From Chiloscyllium plagiosum (taxonomy: Eukaryota), in assembly GCF_004010195.1 (NCBI RefSeq), contig NC_057720.1, forward strand, positions 12,574,846 to 12,638,845: DNA of 64,000 nucleotides, in the 5' to 3' direction. The notes under the pieces were generated by a model, which was not told where the DNA came from, searched no databases, and worked only from the letters and a program-made list of their open reading frames with translations. How positions within the stretch are numbered: the stretch's first letter is position 1; each line of letters starts with the position of its first letter. Positions 50,640 through 62,051 of this stretch are shown here, piece by piece. A program made the translations under genes and the position numbers.

Positions 50640-53035
50640 TAAATTAAACTGCATTTATTTCAATGCAATGGGTCTAACAGGGAAGGCAGATGAACTCGGC
50701 ATGGCTAGGAACATGGGATTGGGATACCATAGCAATTACAGTAACATGGCTCAGGGATGGGTAGGACTGGCAGCTTAATGTTCCAGGATACAAATACTAT
50801 AGGAAGGATAGAAAGGGAGGCAAGAGAGGAGGGGGAGTGGCATTTTTGATAAGGGATAGCATTACAGCTGTGCTGAGTGAGAATATTCCTGGAAATACAT
50901 CCAGGGAATTTATTTGGGTGGAACTGAGAAATAAGAAAAGGATGATCACCTTATTGGGATTGTATTATGGACCCCCTAATAGTCAGAGGGAAATTGAGAA
51001 ACAAACTTGTAAGGAGATCTCAGCTAACTGTAAGAATAACAGGGTGGTTATGGTAGGGGATTTTAGCTTTCCAAACATAGACTGGGACTGCCATAGTGTT
51101 AAGGGTTTAGACGGAGACGAATTTGTTTAGTGTGTACAAGACAATTTTCTGATTCAGTATGTGGATGTACCTACTAGAGAAGGGGCAAATCTTGACCTAC
51201 TCTTGGGAAATAAGGCAGGGCAGATGACTGAGGTGTCAGTGGGGGAGCACTTTAGGGCCAGCGACCATAATTCTATTAGATTTAAAATAATGATGGAAGA
51301 GGATAGTCCAGATCTAAAAGTTGAAGTTCTAAATTGGAGAAAGGCCAATTTTGACGGTTTTAGGCAAGACATTTCGAAAGCTGATTGGAGGCAGATGTTT
51401 GCAGCTAAAGGGATGGCTGGAAAATGGGAAGCCTTCAGAAATGAGATAACGAGAATCCAGAGAAAGTATATTCCTGTCAGGGTGAAAGGGAATGTCAGGT
51501 ATAGACAGGATAGATCGAGTGAATCCTGAGAAGAGTATAAAGGCAGTAGGAGTATACTTAAGAGGGAAATCAGGAGGGCAAAAAGGGGACATGAAGTAGC
51601 TTTGGCAAATACAATTAAGGAAAATCCAAAGGGATTTTACAAATACATTAAGGTCAAAAGGGTAATTAGGGAGAGAATAGGGCCCTTCATCGATCAGCAA
51701 GGTGGCCTTTGTGTGGAGCCGCAGAAAATGGGGGAGATACTAAATGAGTATTTTGCATCAGTATTTACTGTGGAAAAGGATATGGAAGATATAGACTGTA
51801 GGGAAATACATGGTGACATCTTGAAAAATGTCCATATTGCAGAGGAAGAAGTGCTGGGTGTCTTGAAACGCAAAAAGGTGGATAAATGCCCAGGACCTGA
51901 TCAGGTGTACCCTAGAACTCTTTGGGAAACTAGAGAAGTGATTGCTGGGCCTCTTACGGAGATATTTGTATCATCGATAGTCACAGGTGAGGTACCAGAA
52001 GACTGGAGGTTGGCTAACATGATGCCACTGTTTAAGAAAGGTGGTAAAGACAAGCCAGGGAATTATAGACCAGTGAGCCTGATATTGGTGGTGGGCAAGT
52101 TGTTGAAGCGAATCCTGAGGGACATGATGTACATGTATTTGGAAAGGCAAAGACCGATTAGGGGATAGTCAACATGGCTTTGTGCGTGGGAAATCATGTC
52201 TCACAAACTTGATTGAGTTTTTTGAAGAAGTAACAAAGAGGATTAATGAGGGCAGAGCAGTAGACGTGATCTATATGGACTTCAGTAAGGCATTCGACAA
52301 GGTTCCCCGTGGGACACTGGTTAGCAAGGTTAGACCTCACGGAATACAGGGAGAACTAGCCATTTGGATACAGAACTGTCTCAAAGGTAGAAGACAGAGG
52401 GTGGTGGTGGAGGGTTGTTTTTCAGACTGGAGGCCTGTGACCAGTGGAGTGCCACAAGGATCAGTGCTGGGTCCTCTACTTTTTGTCCTTTATACAAATG
52501 ATTTGGATGTGAGCATAAGATATATGGTTAGTATGTTTGCAGATGACACCAAAATTGGAGGTGTAGTGGATAGCGAAGAAGGTTACCTCAGATTACAACA
52601 GGATCTTGATCAGATGGTCCAATGGGCTGAGAAGTGGCAGATGGAGTTTAATTCAGATAAATGCGAGATGCTGCATTTTGGGAAAACAAATCTTAGCAGG
52701 ACTTATACATTTAATGGTAAGGTCCTAGGGAGTGTTGCTGAACAAAGAGACCTTGGAGTGCAGGTTCATAGCTCCTTGAAAGTGGAGTCGCAGGTGGATA
52801 GGATAATGAAGAAGGCATTTGGTATGCTTTCTTTTATTGGTCAGAGTATTGAGTACACAAGTTGGGGTGCCATGTTGCGGCTGTACAGGACATTGGTTAG
52901 ACCACTGTTGGAATATTGCGTGCCAGAGGAAGTGGTGGAGGCTGGTACACTTGCAACATTTAAGAGGCATTTGAATAGGTATATGAATAGGAAGGGTTTG
53001 GAGGGATATGGGCCAGGTGTTGGCAGGTGGGACGA
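50640..53035 (+). pseudogene. CR1 ORF2: APE endonuclease + reverse transcriptase (stops, deletions)
   Basis: LNCIYFNA, VMVGDF, SDHN, PGNYRPVSL, DFSKAFD, GVPQGSVLGP, FADD; deletions near 51491 and 52922. Confidence 0.95.
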
Positions 53036-53774
53036 GATTGGGTTGGGAGATCTGGTTGGCATGGACGGGTTGGAGCGAAGGGTCTGTTTCCATGCTGTAA
53101 ATCTCTATGACTCTGTGGGACTGGAGTCACATGTAGAGGAAACTCGGTAGGTTTTCCTTCCATAAAGGGCATTAGTAAATCCGATTGGCTTTAACAACAA
53201 TAGTTGCATGGTTTTCATTCGGGGAGCTTTGTATTCCCGATTTTAAAATTATTATTATTAATGAAGTCAAGTTTCTATCTTCCACATCAAACCCGTGGCT
53301 CCAGGATATTATTGCTGTTTCTGGATTACTGAGCCAAATGACATTGGCAATACACTATTTTCTCCCCTTTAACTCAATTCAATTTTATTTCTTCTTTCAT
53401 TTATTGTCTGCCAAAATTAATCTAAATCTTTTTTTAATCTTATTTTGCCTTCACAGACACTGCCATTCCTATTTTTATCTCATGCCTTTAATGATCACTG
53501 AATGTTCCAGAGAACTTTGTCATGAGTGGAATATTTTTGAAGCCCAGTAACTGCTGCTATACAATGAAATGTGACAATCCACAAATACCACAAAACCCAC
53601 AAACCACAAATGAAGTAAGTGATAAGCTAATCTACTTTGTTAGTTAAATACTTCTCACGTTATCTTCATCTTGGAGGATTATATAATCCACAGGATGTTT
53701 TTGGTTTACCTAGGAAGTCACTTAGGGCCACAGATTTTTATCTCCTTGAGACACAACATCTTTATCAATAATAT

Positions 53775-54256
53775 ACAGGCAGGAGACTGGAAGAAAACAG
53801 CAAGCCAGGCAGCATCAGGAGGTGGAAAGGTTGGCGTTTCAGGTGTAATCCTTCTGGACTCGGGGTGGGTGTAGGGGGAGCTGCAGACAAAGAGGTTGGT
53901 GGGAGCAGGGTGGTGAAGTGGGGAGAGGTGAAGACAGGTAGAGGGTACAACCTGGTTGGTCAATGGGAGGAATGAATCCGGTTGGTAGCAGGGAGCAGTG
54001 GAAGGGAGGGGGAGGAGCTGGAAAGGGAGTTGGAGGATGGGGAGGGAGGTTATTTGAAATTGGAGAACTCAGTGTTGAGTCCTCTGGGCTGTAGGCTACC
54101 CAGGTGGAAGATGAGGTGTTGTTCCTCCAATTTACAGTCTGATTCGCTATGGCAATGGAGGAGGCCAAGGAGGGTCATGTCAGAAAGGGAGTGGTTGGGG
54201 GATTGAAATGGGTGGTGACTGGGGAGTCCAGTCGGCTCCTGTGGTTCCAGCTGCAA
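53775..54256 (-). mobile_element. Neptune-type PLE 3' fragment, family 5
   Basis: CKLEEQHLIFHLGSLQPRGLNTEFSNFK. Confidence 0.85.
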
Positions 54257-54791
54257 CATCTTTATCAATGCAGCAATCCATAGTTACCTCATGAGCTCTA
54301 ATCTCTACAGTGCGGATTGAACCCATTACCAGCTGATCTAATGAGCGTTCAGCAAAGAATGAATTCTGTGAAGGTTATATGAGCCTTTTTTAAAAAGACA
54401 TTCTACCTAGACTCAGATTTGCAACAAATCAACATACAGTCATCAAAACATACAAGTTAAGAACCTAAGGACTTGGAGTAGGTAATTCCACACCTTGAGC
54501 CTACGCTGCCATTTAATATGATCACAGCCACTCTCAACCCACCCTCAACACTTTCCTGCCTATTCTCCAGAACCCTCAAGCCATTACGACTTAAACATAC
54601 TCAAAGTTTCACATTTTGGGGTGGTGAATTCCACAGTTTCACAACCCCTTGAGAGAAATAATGTATCCTCACTTCTGCTTCCTCTAAATCTGCTACTCAT
54701 TTTCCAAAAACGATGACCTCTCATTCTGCATTGCACCACATGAGGTAACATTCTCTTTGCATCTCCTTTGTCAATCCCCTGCAGCATCTTC

Positions 54792-54918
54792 AGAAATTGC
54801 TGGAAAAGCTCGGCAGGTCTGGCAGTACCTGTGGAGAGAAAGCAGAGTTAAGATTTCAAGTCCAGTGACTTTTCTTTAGAATTGGATCTGAAACATTAAC
54901 TCTGCTTTCTCTCCACAG
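54792..54918. mobile_element. Fold-back PLE family 4
   Basis: ctgtggagagaaagcagagttaa / ttaactctgctttctctccacag. Confidence 0.8.
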
Positions 54919-55047
54919 CGATAATACAATCCCCACAAGATGATAATCCTTTTCTTATTTTTAAGTTCCACCCAAAGATGTCCATGTACCACAAGTGAAT
55001 AAAAACAATCTTCAGTTTCTATTCTTGGGTTTATTAAACCTTTCCCT

Positions 55048-55257
55048 ACAGCTCAGTTGGCCAGTTTGCAATTCTGAGTGATGCCAAAAAAGCGGGCTCA
55101 ATTCCTTGACCAGCCATAGTTACCATGAAAGTCCTGCCTTCTCAGCCTTGCTCCTTGCCTGATGGAGGGTGACCCTCAGGTTAAACCCTTACCAGTCATC
55201 TCTCTTGAGTGAGAAAACAGTCCCATGGTCCTCTGGGACTATGCTGGCTTTACGTTT
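55048..55257 (+). mobile_element. SINE-like family C
   Basis: agctcagttgg (A-box-like), ggctcaattcc (B-box-like), gtgaccctcaggttaaacc core. Confidence 0.6.
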
Positions 55258-55619
55258 AAAAGTCAACCAAGTGGCTTGGATCAGGAATCACAGTTAAGGG
55301 CAGTGGATTCCCCTCTTTGTAGGGCATTATGGACTTTTACAAAAATCAATCACAGTTGTCATGGTTACTGTTGTTGGGATCAGTCTTAAATTCCAGATTT
55401 TTTAACTGAATTTAAATTTAACCCCATGTCCCCAGCACATTAGACTGGATTATGAATCCAGTCATTACCAATTTGTCTTGCTCCTTCAGTATGTCTTAAA
55501 ACCCAGCTAATGCTAAAGGCTTCCCCTTGGCCATCACCTCCCCTCAGCACCTCCCACTCTGCCATCCTCTGCTTCCCACCTTTCTCCCAGCTGTTTCTGC
55601 TCTGTCCTGTCTCCCTTAT

Positions 55620-55890
55620 CATAGAATCCCTACAATGTGGAAACAGGCCATTTGGCCCAAAATATCCACACCGACCCTCTGAAGAGAATCCCACCCTGAC
55701 CCATTCCCCTACTCTATTACTCTGCATTTACCCAATTAATGCACTTAACCTACACATTCCTGAACACTATGGGCAATTTAGCTTGCCCAATTCACCTAAC
55801 CTACACATTTTTGGATTGTGGGAGGAAACCTACGCAGACACAGGGAGAATGGAGAATGTGCAAACTCCAAATAGACAGCTGCTCAAAGTT
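55620..55890 (-). mobile_element. HE1-type SINE, 5'-truncated
   Basis: atagaatccctacaatgtggaaacaggcc tail; V-domain. Confidence 0.85.
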
Positions 55891-56064
55891 AGGATATTAC
55901 TACTCCACCACAAGAGGTCTATGTCAGTCAATGAAGTATGGTGGGTATATAACTCTGGGTGCATTGTTAGTGTCCTGCTGCTGTACTCTGCCAATGATTA
56001 GGATGCTTTAGAGATTGTTATGAAGGTATAAACAAGACAAGAAATCATCAAATCCCCAGACTAG

Positions 56065-56555
56065 TGTCATAGAGTCATGGAGTCATAGAAATGTACAGCA
56101 CAGAAACAGACCCTTCAATCCAACTTGTCCATGCTGACTAGATGTCCTAAATTAATTTGGTCCTATTTGCCAGCACTTGGCACATATTCCTTTAAACCTT
56201 TCTTTTTCGTATACCCATCCAGATGCCTTTTAAATGTTGTAATTGTACCAGCCTCCACCATTTCCTCTGGCAGCTCATTCCATACATACACCACCCTCTG
56301 TGTGAAAATGTTACTCCTCATGTCCTTTTTAAATCTTTCCCTTGTCACCTTAAACCTATGCCTTCTAGCTTTGGACCCCCTCAACCTAGGAATATTTATC
56401 CTATCCATGTCCCTCATGATTTTATAAACCTCTATAAGGTCACCCCTCCCCAGCCTCCGATGCTACAGGGAAAACAGCCCCAGCCTCTCCCTGCAGCTCA
56501 AACCTTCCAACCCTGGCAACATCCTTGTAAAGCTTTTCTGCACACTTTCAAGTTT
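56065..56555 (-). mobile_element. CR1 3' fragment
   Basis: FTQRVVYVWNELPEEMVEAG; (gagtcat)n tail. Confidence 0.9.
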
Positions 56556-57334
56556 CTCTATAATGAGGTCTAATCTCCCCTCGTAGTTCATCTCTTCTAT
56601 GCTCAAGATCATTTTTGAGTGGGTCTTTCCTTTGTTCTAGTCATTCCATTGACAGCATGATCTCATAACAGTGTGTTCCAAAATTGGTGTGTTATTAAGC
56701 TCTCAGCTTTCATCGTTTTTCTGCTTCAGTTTTGTTGCTAGGAGCTGATCACAAACAAACCCCGGTGTCTCTTGATGTGCACGTTCCCTTCAAATGTGGC
56801 GAGATGGTTCAGCTGTAAAGAATCTACCAGAGATTAGGAATTCTATATGTGGGATATTTGCTATGACAATGTATCATTTGTCAGTTATACTTAATAACGA
56901 AAGAAAAGAAATTGAAGATCTGCATTTATATAGCATCTTTCCCAATGCTCCAAAATGCCTTACAGCCAGTGAAGGTCCTGTGTGATATGTTTGTCAACTA
57001 ATTTGCACTAATGGAATAATGACAAGTTATTGTTTTTAACAATTCAATTTCTAAGACTGCTGTCTGGTTAGGAAGAGATAACTGGTGATGGTTTAACCTG
57101 AGGGTCACCACATGTAAGGTGAGGGGAGAAGGAGAGCTTGTAGGTTTGGCTGGGTGTGGGAATTGAACTGTTGCTGTCACTCTGCATCATAAAGCAGACA
57201 GAGGCTTCCCGTGCGGGCCACTCAGTTAGGCCCATTCCCCTGTCCATTCCCCATTTACATTTCAGGTAGTTATCCAATCTTACTTTTATTTTCTTCTACC
57301 CTGCACCCATTGACATTTTCTGGGATACTGGAAT

Positions 57335-57663
57335 TTAGAATTAGAAGCCCTACAGTGTGAAAACAGGCCCTTCAGCCCGACAAGTCCACACCAACACTCC
57401 AACGAGAAACCCACCCAGATCCATTTCCCTATTCTATTATCCTATATTTACCTCTGACCAATGCATCTAACCTATGAACACTATGCCCAATTCACCTAAC
57501 CTACTCATCCATGAATTGTGGAATACAATCAGAGCACGCGGAGGAAACCCATGCAGACACAGGGAGAACGTGTAAACTCCACACAGTCACCCAAGGCTGG
57601 AATTGAAACTGGGTCCCTGACACTATCAGGCAGCAGTGCTAACCACTGAGCCACCGTACCACC
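57335..57663 (-). mobile_element. HE1-type SINE
   Basis: Tail, V-domain, ggcagcagtgctaaccactgagccaccg head. Confidence 0.88.
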
Positions 57664-58099
57664 CTACTGGAGTACTCTGGTATCAAGCCTAGTTAAACTA
57701 TTTGTTGGCTGTTGAGACAGTGGGCAGCATTTTGACTCTCTATTGAAGTCAGGGGAGTGTGAAATGAAGGGAGGTGCATAGTGAGATGACATTAGATTGA
57801 TATTGCTGTTTTCCCAGAGCTAAAAGTGGCAGGAAAAAGCTTTGTTCTATGCTGTTGACAGAGAGGGAGGAAAAGCAAGTGGAACATATGGTGAATGTGA
57901 CCAGAGCAAAAGACGAAGTGAGTACTAATGGTGGTCGATGAGAAATGGAGATGCAGAATGGCAGAGGATGATCCTCTAAAAGTGGAGGCTGTTGGGTGGA
58001 AAGTGAGGACAAGGGGAATCGCATGATTGTTCTGGGAGTGAGGGAAAGGCCTGAGGACAGAAGTGTGGGAAATGAGTTCAGATATGATTAAAAGCCTGT

Positions 58100-60117
58100 C
58101 AAGAGTTGGAATGTCATGTTGCAGTTGAACAGGACTTAAGTGAGGCCACTTTTAGAACACTGCATACAATTCTGGCCCTGCTATAGGAAAGATGTTGTTA
58201 AACCTGACATGATGCAGAAAAGATTTACAAGGATATTGCCAGGTCTGGAGGGTTTGAGTTGTAAGGAGAGGTTCTGGATGTAGGTTTGCTTGCTGAGCTG
58301 GAAGATTCTTTTTCAGATGTTTCGTCACCATACTAGGTAACATCTTCAGTGAGCCTCCGAATGAAGCACTGGTAGGGTAGCCCAGTTCTTATTTGTATAT
58401 TTGAGTTTCCTTGAGTTGATGATGTCATTTGCTGTGGTGCCATCATTTTCTATGGTGATGTCATTTCCTGCTCTGTTTCTCAGGGGGTGGTAAATGGGAT
58501 CCAAGTCAATGTGTTTGTTGATAGAGTTCCAGTTGGAATGCCATGCTTCTAGGAATTCTCATGTGTGTTTCTGTTTGGCTTGTCCTAGGATGGATATGTT
58601 GTCCGAGTCAAAGTAGTGTCATTCCTTATCTGTATGTAAGGATACTAGTGAGAGAGGATCATGTCATTTTGTGGCTAATTGGTGTTCATGTATCCTGGTG
58701 GCTAGTTTTCTGCCTGTTTGTCCAATGTAGTGTTTGTTCCAGATCTTGCAAGGTATTTTGTAGATGACATTAGTTTTGCTTGTCATCTGTATAGGGTCTT
58801 TCAAGTTCATTAGCTGCTGTTTTAATGTGTTGATGGGTTTGTGGGCTACTATAATGCCAAGTGGACTGAATAATCTGGCAGTCATTTCTGAGATGTCTTT
58901 GATGTAGGGGAGAGTGGCTCGGGTTTCTGCTTGCTGGGGTTTGTTGCTCAGAAATTGGCAGACTGTGTTCATTGGGTACCCATCCTTTTGGAATACACTG
59001 TATGGGTGATTTTCCTCTGCTCTGTGTAGTTCCTCTGTGCTGCAGTGTGTGGTGGCTCATTGAAATAATGATTTAATGTAGCTTTATTTGTGGGTGTTGG
59101 GATTATTGCTTCTGTAGTTCAGTATTTGGTCCGTATGTATTGTTTTCCTGTAGACGCTGGTTTGAAGTTCCCCATTGGCTGTTCGTTCTACTGTGACATC
59201 TAGGAATGGCAATTTGTTGTTGTTTTCTTGAACATCAACTAGCCACAAAACAACATGACCCTCTCTCACTAGTATCCTTACATACGGATGAGGAAGGACA
59301 CCAATTTGACTGGGACAACACATCCATCCTAGGACAAACCAAACAGACATGCACAGGAATTCCGAGAAGCATGGCATTCTAACCAGAGCTCTGTCAACAA
59401 ACACATTGACTTGGATCCCACTTACAACTGCCTGAGAAGAAGAACAGAAAATGACATTACCATAGGAAAGGACGTCACCACAGGAAATTACATCACCAAC
59501 CCCAAGGAAACTCAAACATATAAATAGAAAGCGGGCTACACCATTAGTGCTTCATTCAGAGGCTCACTGAAGATGTAACCTAGTAATGTGAAGGAACATC
59601 TGAAAATGAATCTTCCAGCTCAGCAAGCAAACCTACATCCAGAACCTCAACCTGAGCTACATATCTTCTCAAAACTCGCTCTAAGGAGAGATGGAATAGC
59701 TGGGGCTTTTTTCCCTGGACTGTCAGAGACTGAGGGGTGACCTTATAGAGGTTTACGAAATCATGAGGGGCATGGATAGGGTGAAAAGCCAAGGTCTTTT
59801 TCCCAGTGTGGGGGAATCCAAAACAAATGGGTATTGGTTTAAGATTAGAGAGGAAAGATTTAAATGGGACCTTAGGAGCAACGTTTTCAATGCAGAAGGT
59901 GGTGCATCTATGGAACAATTTGTTAGAGGAAATGGTGGAGACTGATACAAACACAACATTTAAAATGCATCCGGATGGGTATATGAACAGGAATGGTTTA
60001 GAGAGATATGAGCCAATTGCTGGCAGTGGGACTAGGTCAGATTGGGATTGTGATTGGCGTGGACGAGTTGGACTGAAGGGTCTGTCTCCATGCTGTATAG
60101 GACCTCATGACTCTATA
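58100..60117 (+). mobile_element. CR1 3' fragment split by Penelope insertion
   Basis: cagaaaagatttacaagg...taaggagag | taaggagag...ggggtgaccttatagagg; catgactctata tail. Confidence 0.88.
58271..59681. mobile_element. Penelope/Poseidon-type PLE (family 3), truncated, inverted terminal arms
   Basis: Minus: ENNNKLPFLDV..VYRK (RT thumb) and NVIYKIPC..YIGQTGR..RIHEH (GIY-YIG); arms about 58271-58690 / 59229-59645; 9-bp TSD taaggagag 58262-58270/59682-59690. Confidence 0.95.
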
Positions 60118-60889
60118 ACCATGGTGGAGATATGAATAGGACTGGAATAATGTATGTTCCACACGCTATATACAGGCAGGGAGGGTACATTGTTGTTAGG
60201 AAAAGTGAGATAAGTTAAAGGAGAAACTGGTCATGGTGAGACTGAGCTCAGATGGAGGAGGATGGGGACTGTTCAGGTCTCCTTTCAAGGAAGAAGCAGT
60301 GAGCCCTGAGACCATCCTGATGTGTAGAGGGATTGCACGGCCATCGTGATAGGGAGGTGGCTGGGGCCAGGGATGTGGGAATTGTGGAAGTGACATAAGG
60401 AACCAGCAGAATTACCATTGTAAGTGGGAAGAGAGAGACTAAGGGGAAAAAAAATCAAGTCAAGTCGGAAGAAATCAATGGAGCAGGAACAAGCTGAAAC
60501 GCGGGGTCTGCCAGGCCAGGGAGAAGTGAGCTCTGCAAATTTGGACAACTATGAGGCTGGAAGCTGCAGGGAGGAGATGTTCAGAGGGAGTGAGCTCAAT
60601 GGCAGTCCTGCAAACTACAGCCTGATGTTTAAAAGTGGGGTTGCCAGAGGAAATGTCTGAGAGTTGGCAGTCAGCTTCTGCAGGATAGCAGTTTGCATGC
60701 CAGGTGAGGTAACACCACCCTGGTCAGAAAGTTGGCATGTCCTGCTTCCTGATGTTCAGTGAAAATCACTTCCTCCTTTGCTTTGGAGAAGGAGTTGGCA
60801 AGAGCTCACTTTCTGAGTGAACACGCGCACAAATCAGAGTTATCTGTACACCGTATCTCCATGACAAAGCTTGGAATGGAATTGATAAT

Positions 60890-61093
60890 GTTAAAAATCA
60901 CACGACACCAGGTTATAGTCCGACAGGTTTATTTGGAGGCACTAGCTTTTGAAGCGCTGCTTCTTCATCAGGTGGTGGACGAAGCAGTGCTCTGAAAGCT
61001 AGTGCCTCCAAATAAACCTGTTGGACTATAACCTGGTGTAGTATGAGTTTTAACTTTGTCCACACCAGTTCAACACCGACCCCTCCAAATCAT
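60890..61093. mobile_element. Fold-back PLE family 2 with 39-bp tail
   Basis: gttaaaaatcacac... / ...gagttttaac (61054), tail 61055-61093. Confidence 0.87.
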
Positions 61094-61714
61094 ACAATGG
61101 GGTTGTAGTTTTAGATTGAAAATGGTCTTGGTCAAATAGTTTTCTTGTCTGTTTTGTAAATGATCTCTGCGCCTGTGTGTAAATTTGCTGGAGGTGAGGT
61201 TTAGTATTGGAATGAGGAAAATGGAGAAAGGAACTGGTGCAATGACACAGCGTAATTTGATCCCTGTACTTGACGGGACCACATACAATGCAACTAGCTG
61301 CATTTCAACTACAATCAGTGCAAGAGCAAACTACAATCCATGCGATTTGCAGCGGATTAGACAGTTCACACATGCAAAATGCATTTGAGCTTTATTTGGT
61401 AAATTTGTTTTTTCATTCAAGACATCTCAATAAAGGGTAAACTTTAGAGTAAAGCACAGATGTTTAATGTCGGAAACATATGGTGGGCCACAGCCAATAC
61501 AACTGGTTTGAAATTGAAATAATGCAAATGCTTAATGGGTATTGTCTTTGGGCCAGTGCAAGTTACTGTCAGGATAAAGGAGCCTTGTGGGTGTAGTGTT
61601 TGTGTTTCTTCCTTTCTTTTGGAACATCCTGGTTAAAATCTTGCTTTATATAGAGGTTGGCTGCAATATATCCAAGCTGCTGGGTTGAAATGTTTTTGTT
61701 AAGCTACAGCCACA

Positions 61715-62034
61715 AACAAAATATAGCAAATGCTGGCATACAGACTTAAGATTACTTGCTGGAAATGTTCAGCAAGTCACGCGTTTCAGCTTGTTCCTGC
61801 TCCATTGATTTCTTCCTGACTTGACTTGATTTTTTTTCCCCTTAGTCTCTCTCTTCCCACTTACAATGGTAATTCTGCTGGTTCCTTATGTCACTTCCAC
61901 AATTCCCACATCCCTGGCCCCAACCACCTCCCTATCACGATGGCCGTGCAATAAATAAATGAACATTTTGGATAAAAGCTCATTAGCCTGAAACGTTAAC
62001 TCAGTTCCTCACTCCTCAGATGTTGCCAGTTCTG
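61715..62034. mobile_element. Old fold-back PLE family 4 with foreign central insert
   Basis: ttgctggaaatgttcagcaagtca ... ctgaaacgttaactcag...cagatgttgcca. Confidence 0.6.
61780..61952 (-). repeat. Inverted copy of 60332-60503
   Basis: 172/173 bp, one substitution and one 1-bp indel by eye. Confidence 0.95.
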
Positions 62035-62051
62035 TCACGTGGGCTGTACAG

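Larger units (their letters stand above)
48605..53112 (+). mobile_element. End-to-end CR1 LINE (5'UTR, ORF1, ORF2, tail), inactivated
   Basis: Flanks are the two halves of one SINE-B (gtcaatcacattgctggg | ctgtgggactggagtcacatg); both ORFs recognisable. Confidence 0.95.
57750..60720 (-). mobile_element. Old Neptune-type PLE RT relic (60120-60720 and 57750-58100) split by CR1
   Basis: PGRPRVSACSC..LPTY..ITMAVQSLYTS..LTMTSFSFN..VEHTLFQSY; later IPLVLTFHPT. Confidence 0.72.

Noticed and set aside
52182..53150. Active reverse transcriptase gene
   Set aside because: Fragment of an ORF2 with upstream stops, frameshifts and a C-terminal deletion; ORF1 is disrupted.
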